Positions 40,343-52,016 of a stretch of 64,000 nucleotides of DNA are shown in pieces. This stretch comes from Candidatus Bathyarchaeota archaeon (GTDB taxonomy: Archaea > Thermoproteota > Bathyarchaeia > Bathyarchaeales > Bathycorpusculaceae): the NCBI GenBank assembly GCA_963717465.1, contig OY970340.1:2496001-2560000 (forward strand). Reading direction: 5' to 3'. Position numbers and translations under genes: made by a program. The notes under the pieces were generated by a model that was not told the DNA's origin, did no database searches, and saw only the letters and a program-made list of their open reading frames with translations. Position 1 is the stretch's first letter, and each line of letters begins with the position of its first letter.

Positions 40343-40834
40343 AAGCGTACAACCAGTTCACCCTGCTAAAATTGAAGGAGACAAACTTTTTAGAAAACCA
40401 GATAAAGTTATGCAACAGAGCGCTGGATTTATATTAGCACACACTCGCACCCCAAAAATTCCTTGCGTTAAATTATTTCGTTAATATCATCATCTTGCCC
40501 AACTAATTTTCGTTCGACAATTTATCCAAAAACTCCTAATCCACTATTTGTGAATTACAACTTATGCATGGGTCGGGATTGGAATTTAAAAATTATTTCA
40601 CGGTAATTTGCGTAGTTGCTCCTTAATCGTCATAACGTGGTTTTTGTCCAAATCTTTTCTCTATAGCCTTATTTAATATCGAAAGCTATTTAGAAATAAA
40701 AAGGTAAAAGCCTTTGAAAAAAATGGAAATCATAAACCAAGGAACGAGTCTATTTAACACACATGTGCGCCCACGTAATGTTAATACAATGAATGTAATT
40801 TTACGGGGATGTTTTTGCTAGGAAGGTCGGCGTG

Positions 40835-42736
40835 ATGAGTAGCATTGAAAATCCGCCGGTTCTGCAAAAGTACTGGATTGCTATCCTGCTCTTAGTTTTA
40901 GTAGTGGTCTCGTTTCTCTCTACTTACATTGCTCTTTTTGCTGCTTTTGTCTTCACTTTTCTATTCCAGGCCTGATTGGCTACCGCTTCTTCAAGTTGAA
41001 ACCTCATGAATTTTGGGCTTTTGTACCGCTTTTCAGCGTCATGGTCTCTGTCGAGTTCATTTATTACCTATCCTTAGTCGTTGGTTATTCGCGTGAAACA
41101 ATTCTCTTCAGTTTTCTTGTTTTGACGGCTTTTTATGCATTAGTGGTTCACAAGAAGGGTGAGCCGATACAGCCGCCTAAGTTTCTCAACATAAAACAAA
41201 TTAAGAAGACAAGCATCTTGTTGTTTGCTGTAATTTTTGCTGTTGCACTTTTTGTTTTGTTTTTGAGTGTTTGGAGAAGCGATTCCTACGGGATTGTTTT
41301 GACGGGCTCAAACTGGCAGGACACGCCACTCCATTATGAGATTATCGAAAGTATAAACAACGGTAACTTTCCCCCTCAGATGCCTAATTTTGCTGGGGTT
41401 CCGATGACTTACTACTATTTTGTTGATTTTCACACCGCCATTATCGAGAAAGTTTTCGGTTATTTGCCTCAGCTTTTACCCTTCTTGAACGCTTGCTTCA
41501 TAGTGGTCTTTGGCCTTGCAATCTACGCTTTAGCGAGACCAAACGGCAGGCGCGGCAGCAATCATCGCTACAGTCATAGCCACCTTCGGCTGGGGCTTTA
41601 GCTACTTCGGGCTTTTCTCGGCACTTTTGACGGGACAATTCAATATGAATCAGAATTACAGTTGGCAGTACAACGGCACTTTTGGTTTGCCTCCGATATT
41701 TGACAACTTGCTTCAGCAGAGACCACTGCTCACGGGGTTGCCTGCGTTTGCTTTCGTTTTGGCCCTGTTCAGGGAGATGACTGACAAAAACAGGCTTCTT
41801 TTAGCGGGCATAATGACAGGTTTACTGTTTGAGTTCCATAACGTTGGTTTCTTGTGTTGCTACATCGCTTTCTTCGTAGCAGTCTTGCTTAATCTCAGGC
41901 GGTTCAAACTGACTAACAGTCTTTACTTTTTGTTGCCCACCGCTTTGGCCCTGCCTTTCATTCTACACTCTGGACCGCCAGTAGCCTTTTCTTTGAGCAC
42001 AGCATTTATCACCAGTTTTGCCAAGGACCCACCTGTTTTTTACCTTCTGAACCTCGGCGTTCCATTCATTTTAGCCCTTGTTTCATTCGTGAAATCCGGA
42101 AATGCTGTTTTGAAGGGCACGATGCTTTTCCTGTTAATAATACCTCTTTTCGTGTTGTTTACGCCTAACCCATGGGACATGTACAAGTTCTTCATCTTCG
42201 CCTGGATTCCAATCGCCGTTCTAGCGGGTGCCCTATTAGCTAGGACGCGGAAAATTGTGATTATAGCCGTTGTTCTGCTCTGTGTCCTTGCATCTGCAAG
42301 CGTCATCATTTACAACGTTGGAACAAGTTACACAGCGGCAAGCTGGAATGAGTATCAACTAGGGCTCTGGGTGAGAAACAACACACCACCAGACGCTGTC
42401 TTTTTAACTTACTATTCTATTCAGTGCCCACCAGCGTTCATCGGCGGCAGGCTGACTGTTTCCTCCTACATCAACTGGCCCTATGGCTGGGGCGTACCTC
42501 TCAGTCAAATTTTCCAGCGGCAAAATGACATTGACGCCGCGTACACCGGTTCACCAGCGGTCCTTGAGCAAATCATAATAAAATATAACGTCTCCTACGT
42601 GTATGTGGGCAACGATGAATTGAGCCATTATCCAGGATGCACCGCTAGGTTTGACGCGATTAACTGGTTAAAAATCGTTTACACAAACCAGAATCTAATA
42701 ATTTATCAGGTTGAATCAAACCAGACTGGATCTTAG
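40835..42736 (+). pseudogene. Multi-TM GT-C-type glycosyltransferase-like protein, frameshifted
   Basis: One reading MSSIENPP...NWQDTPLH...FPPQMP...YYYFVDF...QR...NPWDMYKF...YVYVG..E, broken by shifts near 40960 and 41555. Confidence 0.75.
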
Positions 42737-42770
42737 CGCGGCGTGCTTCTATGCAGTAAATCGAAATGCC

Positions 42771-43196
42771 CTAGTCTGGCTTGAGGACTGCGGTAATAGT
42801 GTGATCTTCTTTTATTTCACTGAAGGTATAATTTGCGATGGCTACGACTGATTTGCCATCTACTTGGACGACAGCTATGTTGCAATGCGGGTTAGACGTA
42901 ATAATGAATGTCGGACCTCCTCCGCGTTTAACCATGACAGCTCCCTTCGGACTTATCGCGCGGTTTTCATTTGCTGAGGCAACTATTATTTTTTTACCGC
43001 GTTTAAGCCACATGAACAGGATAACAAGAACTGCCATCACGATGATAGCAACAATATCGATAATAAGTAAAAAAAAAAGATTAAAATTTATTTGATCAGT
43101 CTTAACAAACTGTATCCCTTTTAAACTTCTTTCCATCGTGTTTTCTTTACAGCGACAAACAATATAATCACGGTTATGCTTGTTAGGATTATCCAA
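42771..43196 (-). CDS. Membrane protein with a degenerate InlB-B-repeat-like domain (possible fragment; start uncertain)
   Basis: TM helix followed by ISPKG...FIIT....I..VQVDG.....YTF..I..DHTITA. The ORF start overlaps the ABC permease. Confidence 0.45.
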   Translation of the reverse strand: MDNPNKHNRDYIVCRCKENTMERSLKGIQFVKTDQINFNLFFLLIIDIVAIIVMAVLVILFMWLKRGKKIIVASANENRAISPKGAVMVKRGGGPTFIITSNPHCNIAVVQVDGKSVVAIANYTFSEIKEDHTITAVLKPD

Positions 43197-43864
43197 TTGG
43201 CTAATAGTAGACTGGTCGGAATTGTTAGGTAGCCTGTCGTTGCTTGGATAATCTGCGCTGCATAGGTAGTTGGCGACAGATAAGCAAAGTACTGGAACAT
43301 TTGTGGAATGTAAGTTATCGGGTAATATACGGGTGGCAGCGTTGTAAAGAGCAGGGAAAGCAATCGTGTGAATGCGTAGCTTTGAACTACGTCGCTTGAG
43401 ATTGTCGACAGCATGAAGCCTAAGGCTGAGGCCATAGTAAACATTAGCAAAAGTACAATAAGAATTACGGCTGTTTGAATAAGGGTCGGTCGCACATAGA
43501 TAGCGGTGAGTGCAAAAAGTATTGCTAAGCTGGGAATGGAGTATACGATTTCAGCAAGTGCCATGCCGCCCATGTACAGTCGTGAACTTGTGGGTGAACT
43601 GACCACCATGTCTTGAAGTTTGAAGTCGTTTTTTAAGTGTGAGAGGTCTGATGATAGAGCTATTCCGCTTGAGAAGAAATTCATTATCAAGCCGCCTTCA
43701 ATAGCTGTTCCAAGCAAGGCACCTCTGCTTACAAAGGTAACTACAGCCAAAAGAGATAGGGGAGAAATAACGGTGCTAATCAAGACGACAGGATAATTTT
43801 TCATTTCGTAAATCGCGTTAACTAGGATGCCTGCTAAGATTTGGCTGAGTTTGCTGCGTTTCAA
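43121..43864 (-). CDS. ABC-2 type permease
   Basis: Six TMs; PVYYPI..IP...Q..AYLSPTTYAA. Confidence 0.88.
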   Translation of the reverse strand: MKRSKLSQILAGILVNAIYEMKNYPVVLISTVISPLSLLAVVTFVSRGALLGTAIEGGLIMNFFSSGIALSSDLSHLKNDFKLQDMVVSSPTSSRLYMGGMALAEIVYSIPSLAILFALTAIYVRPTLIQTAVILIVLLLMFTMASALGFMLSTISSDVVQSYAFTRLLSLLFTTLPPVYYPITYIPQMFQYFAYLSPTTYAAQIIQATTGYLTIPTSLLLANWIILTSITVIILFVAVKKTRWKEV

Positions 43865-44769
43865 CTGTATTCGTCCCTTGCTTTTTGTCCTACAAGATAG
43901 AAAAAAATGTCGTCAAGTGTAATCGGGTTGATGGAAAATCGTGTTCCCTCCTCCGAGAACAATTTAGCCAAACGCAATGCTTCGTCTTCATTCGTCATAA
44001 TTTGCGCATTTCCGTGTGCATCCTTGGTTACATCTCCGTTTTTTAATGTTGGAATAGGCGCCCCTGGTGGCAGTTTTATGCTGTATTGATGTTTTGAGCT
44101 TTTTCTAAGGTCCGATAATGCACCAATAGAGACTAGTCGGCCGTCTTTGAGAATCCCTATCGCATCTGCTAGTTCTTCTGCTTCCTCTAAATAATGTGTC
44201 GTTAGAAAGATGAACCGTTCTTTGCCAAGTGCCCTGAGAATGTCCCATAACTCTCGTCTTGAAATCGGATCCAAACCAGTTGTTGGCTCGTCAAGAAAAA
44301 TGATATCTGCTTCAGATGCCATGACGGTTGCGATCAACACTTTTCTCTTAGTGCCACCTGAAAGACGACCTGTTAAAACGTTAGCGTATTCCTGCAAGCC
44401 AAGCTTTGCAAGCGACTCATCCGCAAGCCTTTTCGAGTCACTATAACTGTAGCCTCGCCAAAGAAGGTAAGAAAGCACAGTTTGCTTAGCCGTCATCCAT
44501 CTTATAGCTCTAGCTTCCTGGGGGACGATTGCGATTTTCTCACGCAACTTGCCTTCCTGCTTGAGCACGTCGATACCGTTGATGCTTGCGGTTCCAGCCG
44601 TTGGCTGAAGCTCAGTTGCCAAAATTCGAATAAGAGTCGTTTTTCCAGCGCCATTTCTACCGATTAAACCAAAAATGCCGCGGGTCTCCACTGAAAAACT
44701 GATGTTTTCTAAAGCTTTACTGCGACCTTCGTAAACCTTAGTTAATCCATTACATTCAAGCGTCCCCAT
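43861..44769 (-). CDS. ABC exporter ATP-binding protein
   Basis: GRNGAGKTT, LSGGTKRK, FLDEPTTGLD, THYLEEAE. Confidence 0.93.
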   Translation of the reverse strand: MGTLECNGLTKVYEGRSKALENISFSVETRGIFGLIGRNGAGKTTLIRILATELQPTAGTASINGIDVLKQEGKLREKIAIVPQEARAIRWMTAKQTVLSYLLWRGYSYSDSKRLADESLAKLGLQEYANVLTGRLSGGTKRKVLIATVMASEADIIFLDEPTTGLDPISRRELWDILRALGKERFIFLTTHYLEEAEELADAIGILKDGRLVSIGALSDLRKSSKHQYSIKLPPGAPIPTLKNGDVTKDAHGNAQIMTNEDEALRLAKLFSEEGTRFSINPITLDDIFFYLVGQKARDEYS

Positions 44770-44984
44770 GAAAGCTCACAAACTCCTGAAGATTAACGCA
44801 ATTTTATACCTTATTGCTTTGAGTGACGTAAAAAATGTATAATAAAAAATTTGCGATAAAAAATGCCGAGTTAACGAGCTTGATTTGTGGACTTGAATTA
44901 AGCCAAAAAATCGCAAAGACGGGCTCTCTTGATTTTGCAAAGACTTAAATCTTACGATTCCCTTCTAAGCAAGGGTTAATTAGC

Positions 44985-45827
44985 ATGAAAATCGCTAGCA
45001 AGGTATCTAAACTTCTTATTGCTTCATTAATGCTTTTGGCAGCTATAGGTTCAACAATTGCTTTGCCTAATGCATTAGCTGCGCCGACGATGAGCAGGGC
45101 AGATTCAACCATTAAGGCCACATCAAGCACTAACTGGAGCGGTTACGCGGTAACAGGAGCCACAGGTTCAGTAACTTCTGCAAACGGCTCATGGACAATA
45201 CCAACCATGACGGCAGGCGCAAGCAGCAGCACCACATATTATTCTGCTTTCTGGGTAGGTATTGACGGCTACAGTTCCAGCACAGTTGAACAAGTAGGCA
45301 CACTATCCATAACCCAAGGAAAAACCGTAACAATGTACGCTTGGTTCGAATTTTACCCAAACCCGATGTACGAAATTAACGGGTTCACGATAAAAGCTGG
45401 AGACAACATGTATGCAAGCGTGAACTATTTAGGAGCTTCAACTTCAAAGTTCAATCACAAGGCAACAGGTAGCATATTCAGCGTCACCATAACTGATGAG
45501 ACAACAGGACAAACTTATACTACTCAAACAACAGTCAACAGTGCTGCACGCTCTTCTGCAGAATGGATAGCAGAGGCACCCTCATCTAACCGAGGAATTC
45601 TACCCTTGGCAAACTTCGGCACAGTCAAGTATGGCGCAGACAACACTCAAGTCGTAGGAACATGCTATGCAACAATAAATGGAGTCAACCAACCACTAGG
45701 GTCTTTCAGTTCAGCAACGCCGATAACAATGGTCACCAGTAGTGGCGCCATTAAAGCTGCACCTTCATTAGCGCTATCATCAGATGGCACAAGCTTTTCA
45801 GTAACGTGGGAAAATGCTGGTCCGTAA
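44985..45827 (+). CDS. Secreted glutamic peptidase, family G1 (eqolisin-like)
   Basis: Signal peptide; STNWSGYA, SAFWVGIDG, EQVGT (catalytic Q), AWFEFYP, SAEWIAE (catalytic E), LANFG.V. Confidence 0.9.
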   Translation: MKIASKVSKLLIASLMLLAAIGSTIALPNALAAPTMSRADSTIKATSSTNWSGYAVTGATGSVTSANGSWTIPTMTAGASSSTTYYSAFWVGIDGYSSSTVEQVGTLSITQGKTVTMYAWFEFYPNPMYEINGFTIKAGDNMYASVNYLGASTSKFNHKATGSIFSVTITDETTGQTYTTQTTVNSAARSSAEWIAEAPSSNRGILPLANFGTVKYGADNTQVVGTCYATINGVNQPLGSFSSATPITMVTSSGAIKAAPSLALSSDGTSFSVTWENAGP

Positions 45828-46050
45828 GCCAGAGCATCAATAATGATATTCACCTTTTTCTTTTTTTACGATAATTTTTAGTCTGGTATCGTTTCAATCA
45901 AATTCTAAAACAGCTAAATTGAATTCTACAATTTAATGATTGACAATTGATCTAACCCTACGACTGGTTGCATGCATAGAAAGAGATTGGTTGGGGGGAT
46001 AGAAAGCTATTAAAGAAGGAAAAATCTTTTTTATTTAATAGAGGCTTTTT

Positions 46051-47226
46051 TTGAAGAAAATAATGTTTTTAGTGTGTACTTTGTTTTTTGCAAGTTTGCT
46101 TTTAAGTTCAAGTTTTTTATGCATTAACGTTTTTGCGTCTAATAGTAATACCACGGGCACCTATGTACAAGGGACACTTTGGGATAACACAACTTGGACT
46201 GCGAAAAACAGTCCTTACATAGTATCGAACACTGTTGAAATTCCCTCGAATGCTACTTTAACTATTGAAGCAGGGGTAACAGTGACATCAGGTATGTCAG
46301 GCTCAGCTCCATTATTTTTAGTCAATGGTACTGTGATAGCAGATGGAACAGTGGATAATGAAATTGTCTTCGATGGCAGAGGAAACGCAAACTTTTTCCA
46401 GCAAAACAGTGACTCGGCCTTCATAAACTTAAGTTACTGCACAATCAGGAACGGAGATAGTTTTTTATATCAGGGGCATGGAAGCTTCAGTTTATCAAAT
46501 TCTTTACTTGATACCTTGTGTTATCAATCAATCATTAGATCTCAGCAAGACATTTACATGGTAAACAATACATTTGTCAGCACAGCGGGTTTCTACGTTG
46601 AAACATCCACCAACATTTACATGGACAACAATTTAGTTACGAGAAATGCGGGTCCGTTAATTACTATGGGTGACGGCTCAGCGATATTGCGCAATAATTC
46701 ATTTGTTAACATAAATGGGTATCTTCTAAAATTATCGCCTGAAAGCAATTATGCTAATCCGACTATCGATGCAGCAAGTAATTATTGGGGAACTACTAAC
46801 ACCACTCTTATCGATTCAATGCTTTACGATGAGCATAATGATCCAAGTTGCAATGGGCTAATAACGTACCTGCCTATTCTGCAAGTAACTGACTCTAGCA
46901 CTCCACCTGACACTTATAATTTAACGATTTACACTATCGGCGACGGAACTGTTGTTCCAGACAATTCTACCTATTTTGCTTATTCAACAGTTAATTTGAG
47001 TGCGCACAGTGCCCAAGGGTGGAGTTTTAATGGTTGGAGCGGTGATGCCTCAGGCAATGGAAACACAACTTTGATAATGGATAGCAACAAGAACGTTACA
47101 GCCACGTTCACTGAAGCTGCAACGTCTACAAATTTGAGCAGCTACGCAGCAATAGTCGCCGTATTTGTAATCGCCATAGCGGTGATACCGCTGGTTCTCT
47201 GGTGGACAAAGAACAAAACCAAATAA
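46051..47226 (+). CDS. Cell-surface protein: beta-helix, InlB-B-like repeat and C-terminal TM anchor
   Basis: Signal peptide; TTWT..NSPYIV...ATLTIEAGV; A.SNYWG; F.GWSGD...MDSNKNVTATF; TM followed by a basic tail. Confidence 0.8.
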   Translation: MKKIMFLVCTLFFASLLLSSSFLCINVFASNSNTTGTYVQGTLWDNTTWTAKNSPYIVSNTVEIPSNATLTIEAGVTVTSGMSGSAPLFLVNGTVIADGTVDNEIVFDGRGNANFFQQNSDSAFINLSYCTIRNGDSFLYQGHGSFSLSNSLLDTLCYQSIIRSQQDIYMVNNTFVSTAGFYVETSTNIYMDNNLVTRNAGPLITMGDGSAILRNNSFVNINGYLLKLSPESNYANPTIDAASNYWGTTNTTLIDSMLYDEHNDPSCNGLITYLPILQVTDSSTPPDTYNLTIYTIGDGTVVPDNSTYFAYSTVNLSAHSAQGWSFNGWSGDASGNGNTTLIMDSNKNVTATFTEAATSTNLSSYAAIVAVFVIAIAVIPLVLWWTKNKTK

Positions 47227-47373
47227 CAAACCAAACAATGCTGACTTACAATATGCTAAACAACTCAGCTCTTGTTACATTCGCAAGTTACAGTGCCGAT
47301 AGGAAACGAACAAAGCTATAAGCAGCCTACTTTTTCTCTATTAATCCCAAATACTTGTGAGGCGTTTAGCGTC

Positions 47374-47851
47374 ATGCAGTTTGAACCAGTTGCACCCGAT
47401 TTAAAATTCCTGTTTCGAGTCACCGTTAACCTTGGAGAGGCAAGTTATATCAGTAAATTACCTTTCGGCGAACGCCGGGTCATTCCTCTCGCAGGAGGCA
47501 CATTAAAAAGGAGAAAGACTTTCTGGAGAGGTTCTTCTAGGTACTGATTGGCAAGTTATAAAACCTGACGGCTCCACCCTCATGCATGCCAAGTATACCT
47601 TGCGCACTAACGATAACGCTCTAATCTATATAGAAAACAAGGGGATACGCTGGAGCAGACCAGGCAAGCCAGATGTACTGGCACAACTAGCTCAGGGCAA
47701 GACGGTAGATCCAGCCGATTATTATTTCCGCACTACGCCACAGTTTGAAACTGGAGCGCAAAAATATTTATGGCTAAATAATATCATTGCGGTCTGCTCG
47801 GGAATGAGATTAGCTGACAAAGCGATTATTGATTTCTATGAAGTATTGTAG
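47374..47851 (+). pseudogene. DUF3237 family protein, frameshifted
   Basis: GERRVIPLAGG in one frame, DWQ...AKYTLRTND.ALIYI...YYFRTTPQFETG..KYLWLN in another. Break at ~47505-47545. Confidence 0.8.
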
Positions 47852-47995
47852 AATCAAAAATCATTAACTTGAAGGAAACAAAAGGATTTATTCAGTCAAA
47901 TCGCCAAGGCGAAATGCAGTTAATGGTTGCAATTTTACCCTTTATGATTTTATCGTGTGAGGATTGTGAGCAAGCTAATTCTTTGTTTCGGTTAT

Positions 47996-48889
47996 TCACT
48001 TTTGTTCTAGGTTCAGCTTTAGAAAGTCAATCATCATTTGCCATGCTTCAACAGCATCTGGCTTGCTGCTTAGGGTGAAGCCATGACGCGAGCCTTCAAA
48101 GCGTTTATGGGTTACAGTTACGCCTGCTTGTAGTAATTTGTCTCTGAAATCCTCATCTTCTTTGCAAAGTGAATCCTGACTTGCTGATATAATCAAAGTG
48201 GGAGGAAATGATTTTACTTGATCAACTGTAGCAAAGGCAGGTGACACCAGCGGGTTTTTCCTATCCTCTTTGTTGTTGCAGTAGGCTGCGTTGTATATTC
48301 GGCATTGTCCTGCAGGAAGTGAACCTTTTGGCTGCGGCTTAAGATAGGGGTCAGTGTAAATGTCCATCGGAGGGTAATCCAGTATCAGACATTTTATGTC
48401 CAACTCTTTGGTTTCATCCTTGAGGCATATTGCTGCACTGAGGTTGCCTCCGGCACTGTGACCGCCTACAGCGATTTTATTGGAGTCTATCCCAAGCTCT
48501 TTAGCGTGCTCCTTGGCGTACTTTACGACTCCATAGCATTCGTTTAAGGCTGTGGGAAATTCTGCTTCTGGTGAAAGACTGTAATCGATGCTCAGGATTT
48601 TCGCGTTTACTTTATCAGCGACATTCTTCATGTAGCGGTCATCCATATCCGCGTTTCCAAAAATAAATCCGCCCCCGTGAATATTGACGAAAAGGGGGAG
48701 GGTTTCAGGCCTTTGCATATTATAGGAAATTACACGAACCTTTCCAGCAATTGTATCCAAGAATTGTTCCTTGCCTGCCATACCCCTCGGATTCTTCCTC
48801 ATAACGAGAAGCCCTAACAACCTGAAGAAAATTAGTTTCCTTTTAAGCGATTTTCTTGAATATTCTTTTTCCTCTGGTATTTTACTCAT
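47996..48889 (-). CDS. Alpha/beta hydrolase, HSL-family esterase
   Basis: HGGGF, DYSLSPE..FP, GHSAGG, D and HGF triad. Confidence 0.92.
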   Translation of the reverse strand: MSKIPEEKEYSRKSLKRKLIFFRLLGLLVMRKNPRGMAGKEQFLDTIAGKVRVISYNMQRPETLPLFVNIHGGGFIFGNADMDDRYMKNVADKVNAKILSIDYSLSPEAEFPTALNECYGVVKYAKEHAKELGIDSNKIAVGGHSAGGNLSAAICLKDETKELDIKCLILDYPPMDIYTDPYLKPQPKGSLPAGQCRIYNAAYCNNKEDRKNPLVSPAFATVDQVKSFPPTLIISASQDSLCKEDEDFRDKLLQAGVTVTHKRFEGSRHGFTLSSKPDAVEAWQMMIDFLKLNLEQK

Positions 48890-49082
48890 AAGAACTATAT
48901 CAGTAGTTTTTTTGCATAAAAGCTTTTCAAGGATAAACCTCTAATAGGTATAATCTTCCATTAATGTTCCATCCTAAGTATCAATTTCTTTTGGCGCTTA
49001 TACCAAAGTTAGAAAGACTTTAGAAAATTTACGCGCCATTGTGATCAGACTTAAACGCATCATTAGGAATAGCAACGTGTGC

Positions 49083-50366
49083 TCAAAAACTGACGAAATT
49101 GAATTTTATTATGCATATGACTCCCCAAAGATTGACAAGTAAACTTAGTATTATGATGGCTTTTTCTTGCCAGCGAAGGTTTTCACTCATGCCTTTGGCA
49201 GTTAGTAGAATAAGGAATGGTGTAAAATCAAGGCTGAAGCGGTAACCAAACTGGGTGTATCCCACTTCGCCGTGTGTGATAAGTGGTGGCAGGATGCACA
49301 GGACAGCGATGGCCGCGTATTTGCTGAGTTTATTCCATTTGCCCACGAAAATGTAAAGGAACGCGGGAGTTGTGAAAAACAGTCCAAGTCCCATCCAGTC
49401 GGGTTTGAAATAGGGGAACGAGTTGAGCAAAATTGGCCCTTGAAATAGAATCGCGTAGAGGTTTTTGGGAATATAAGCGAAACTTAATAATCCATAAGGG
49501 TAGTTTGGGTCGCCCTTAATTATTAAGGTGTATCCGATGTCAAAAATTGTGTTGTAACGCGCAAAGTTGTACACAAGGTCCAAGATAACTGGAATGGCTA
49601 AACCCAACACGAATAAAGCCATCGGCTTGAGTCTTGACTTCCACGAATCATTTTGGTCATAAGTTAGAAACAGAAAAAAAGGAAAAGCTAAGGCTGTAGT
49701 AAGTCTTGCTAGGTAAGCGCATCCGAGAGATAACCCAACTAAAAAATTATTTTTTTTGTACAATGATAAAACTATAGCAATTGTCAGGAAGAGAACTGCT
49801 GATACCTGGGCAATGTACCATGATGAACCAACAGCGGCAGTGTACCAAAAGCAAGTCCCGAAACCGAAAAGGGCAGCAAGCCACAAAGCCTTGCTACCTT
49901 TCACTCCTGTCTTTCTAAGCATAAGCCACGTTAGCGAGACGCAAATGCTGGCAAGGATTATCGAAATCAGGCTTTCATCAACGGATGTGCCTAAGGCAGC
50001 GACAAAAGGCATGAGGATAATCGCTGGCATAGGTGGGTATACGACGTAATAGTTGCCATGCAGGGACACGAGTTCTTCAAGCGCTGTTCCTGCTCCTGTG
50101 AGATTTAGCCTGCCGTGAAGGAATGAGTAAGCCAAGTAAACGTAATGGTCTTGACCTGGCGGAGGACCCTTGCTTAAGTAGAAAACTAGAAAAGATATCA
50201 ACGCAATAAGGATGAATTTTGTTATTGTGCTTAAGGATGCGATCTTATCGTATAATTGCTGAGCAGCCTGTTTGCCTAAGAATTCTTTTCTAAGGTGCAG
50301 GTTAATCTTATGCTTGTTGGATAATCGTGGATTCTTGTTTGAAGGACTCTTCCGCAATGTCGACAT
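49083..50366 (-). CDS. Multi-TM GT-C-like membrane protein
   Basis: LA.SFLHGRL, YVVYPPMPA, YNFARY, QFGYRF..D; about 10 TMs. Confidence 0.7.
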   Translation of the reverse strand: MSTLRKSPSNKNPRLSNKHKINLHLRKEFLGKQAAQQLYDKIASLSTITKFILIALISFLVFYLSKGPPPGQDHYVYLAYSFLHGRLNLTGAGTALEELVSLHGNYYVVYPPMPAIILMPFVAALGTSVDESLISIILASICVSLTWLMLRKTGVKGSKALWLAALFGFGTCFWYTAAVGSSWYIAQVSAVLFLTIAIVLSLYKKNNFLVGLSLGCAYLARLTTALAFPFFLFLTYDQNDSWKSRLKPMALFVLGLAIPVILDLVYNFARYNTIFDIGYTLIIKGDPNYPYGLLSFAYIPKNLYAILFQGPILLNSFPYFKPDWMGLGLFFTTPAFLYIFVGKWNKLSKYAAIAVLCILPPLITHGEVGYTQFGYRFSLDFTPFLILLTAKGMSENLRWQEKAIIILSLLVNLWGVICIIKFNFVSF

Positions 50367-50482
50367 AAATGTCTCTTTCTCAATGCATGCCTGCTCTGCC
50401 TTAACTAGGTTTCGCGCATACGTGTCCTGCTTGCAATCTTCTTGATTTTTTGATTACACATTTGCTTCCGTATTAGTTTATG

Positions 50483-51484
50483 TCATATCCACTTTTTTAG
50501 TTTGAAAATCAATGCTAGAATTAATGCAAGTGTAATCATCATAGAAATTAGTATGTAGAAACCGTACGGATCGTTAACTTCTGGGATTCCTGAGCCAAAA
50601 TTTGTACCGTAAATTCCAGCGATCAGGGTAAGTGGTAAAAAAATGGCTGAGATTATCGTTAGAATTCGGATTATGTTATTAGTAGCTACCGTTTGAACGT
50701 TAACCAAGATATCTCTAATGTTGCCCATTTCATCTCGATGAGCGTCGACAATTTCCACCAACTGAACCGTTTTGTCGTATAGGTCTCCAAAACGCGATAG
50801 ATTAACGCTTTGCACCAGTGCAAATTCTCCCCTTGTTATCCTACTCATAATTTCGCGTAATGAACTCGAACTTTGCCTAAGTGTCACTAATCGCTCTCTT
50901 ACCTTTGATACCTTTAGAAGAAAAATGCTATTAGCTTGATTTGACCTGTTTCTAAAAAAACCCAAAGCTTCCGAAGTCAAGTCTTCAATGCTTTCAAATA
51001 GTAAGTCTGAAATTGGAAAATATTCACTTGTCACCAGATCCAAGAAAATATAGAGCATAATATCAGTCGAGGGTACCAGTGAAAGCGAAAAGTAACCATG
51101 GGCGGCTATTTTCTTAAAAACAGCACATGTCAGATCAGAATAACCCTTATGCACCGTTATTATCCATCTGGAACAAACAAGCATGGCAAGGCGTTCCATC
51201 TTCCCATCAGAAACGAAACTTGCTCGACGCGGATAGTAAAGAAGACAGAAAACTCGATCTTCATGCTCATCAATTCTTGAACGTATCCCTTCTTCAGTAA
51301 GCTCTTGAATGTTATGCTCATCAATTTCGAAATACTCTCTCAACTCTTTAATTTCAGCTTCACTCGAATCCTGAGCATCTACCCATAGAACCTCATTATT
51401 CTTAATTTCTAAAGGTAAGCTCTCTAAGTCTTCTGATTGCCATCGCCCTTCAGCATGCTCCTTAAGCAAAGTTATTGTTAGCAA
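50483..51484 (-). CDS. corA: CorA-family divalent cation transporter
   Basis: WVD, IITVH, NNIIRILTIISAIFLPLTLIAGIYGTNF (GMN variant GTN). Confidence 0.88.
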   Translation of the reverse strand: MLTITLLKEHAEGRWQSEDLESLPLEIKNNEVLWVDAQDSSEAEIKELREYFEIDEHNIQELTEEGIRSRIDEHEDRVFCLLYYPRRASFVSDGKMERLAMLVCSRWIITVHKGYSDLTCAVFKKIAAHGYFSLSLVPSTDIMLYIFLDLVTSEYFPISDLLFESIEDLTSEALGFFRNRSNQANSIFLLKVSKVRERLVTLRQSSSSLREIMSRITRGEFALVQSVNLSRFGDLYDKTVQLVEIVDAHRDEMGNIRDILVNVQTVATNNIIRILTIISAIFLPLTLIAGIYGTNFGSGIPEVNDPYGFYILISMMITLALILALIFKLKKWI

Positions 51485-52016
51485 TTGAAACCCTATCCTA
51501 AGTTAATGAGAATCCCCTTTCTAAACTTAATCTCATATTGGTAGATGCTGATTTTGGTCACCAGCCAATTGTCAACGTTTATTGTACATTCATTATGGTG
51601 AGTAGTGCAAATGCAACTATTCTTCTCATACTCGCATTTGACATCATAAAACTTGTTATCTGTACCTACCTGATAATCAAAAAATAGCCTAGCACAGTAG
51701 CCAAAATTAATTACCCGTACTTTTTTCCTGAAAGAGCGATGCTTTTAACAATTTTTTAATAAACAAAAAAGAGACAAAAAAAAAGTTGCTTTAGGGAAAA
51801 AATTTTTTGAGGAACTAGCACAACTAGGAGTAAGAATGAAATCTGCAGGATTCGATTTTTATTTTTCAAATAAAGCTATTCCGTGCTCCTCCATAATTCA
51901 CTTCTTTCTAGAGCTTCGACTTGTTGTTCGACTTGTAGCCCACCATAAATTGTAGTTATGGAACATTTTTGAATTCAGCGATTTTTAAACAATGCATCAT
52001 GAAAGCCAGTTCATAG

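Noticed and set aside
51780..52016. Possible small peptide or RiPP precursor downstream of the UbiA gene
   Set aside because: Only very short ORFs without a plausible start or motif. The TTCGACTTGT duplication is too short to interpret.
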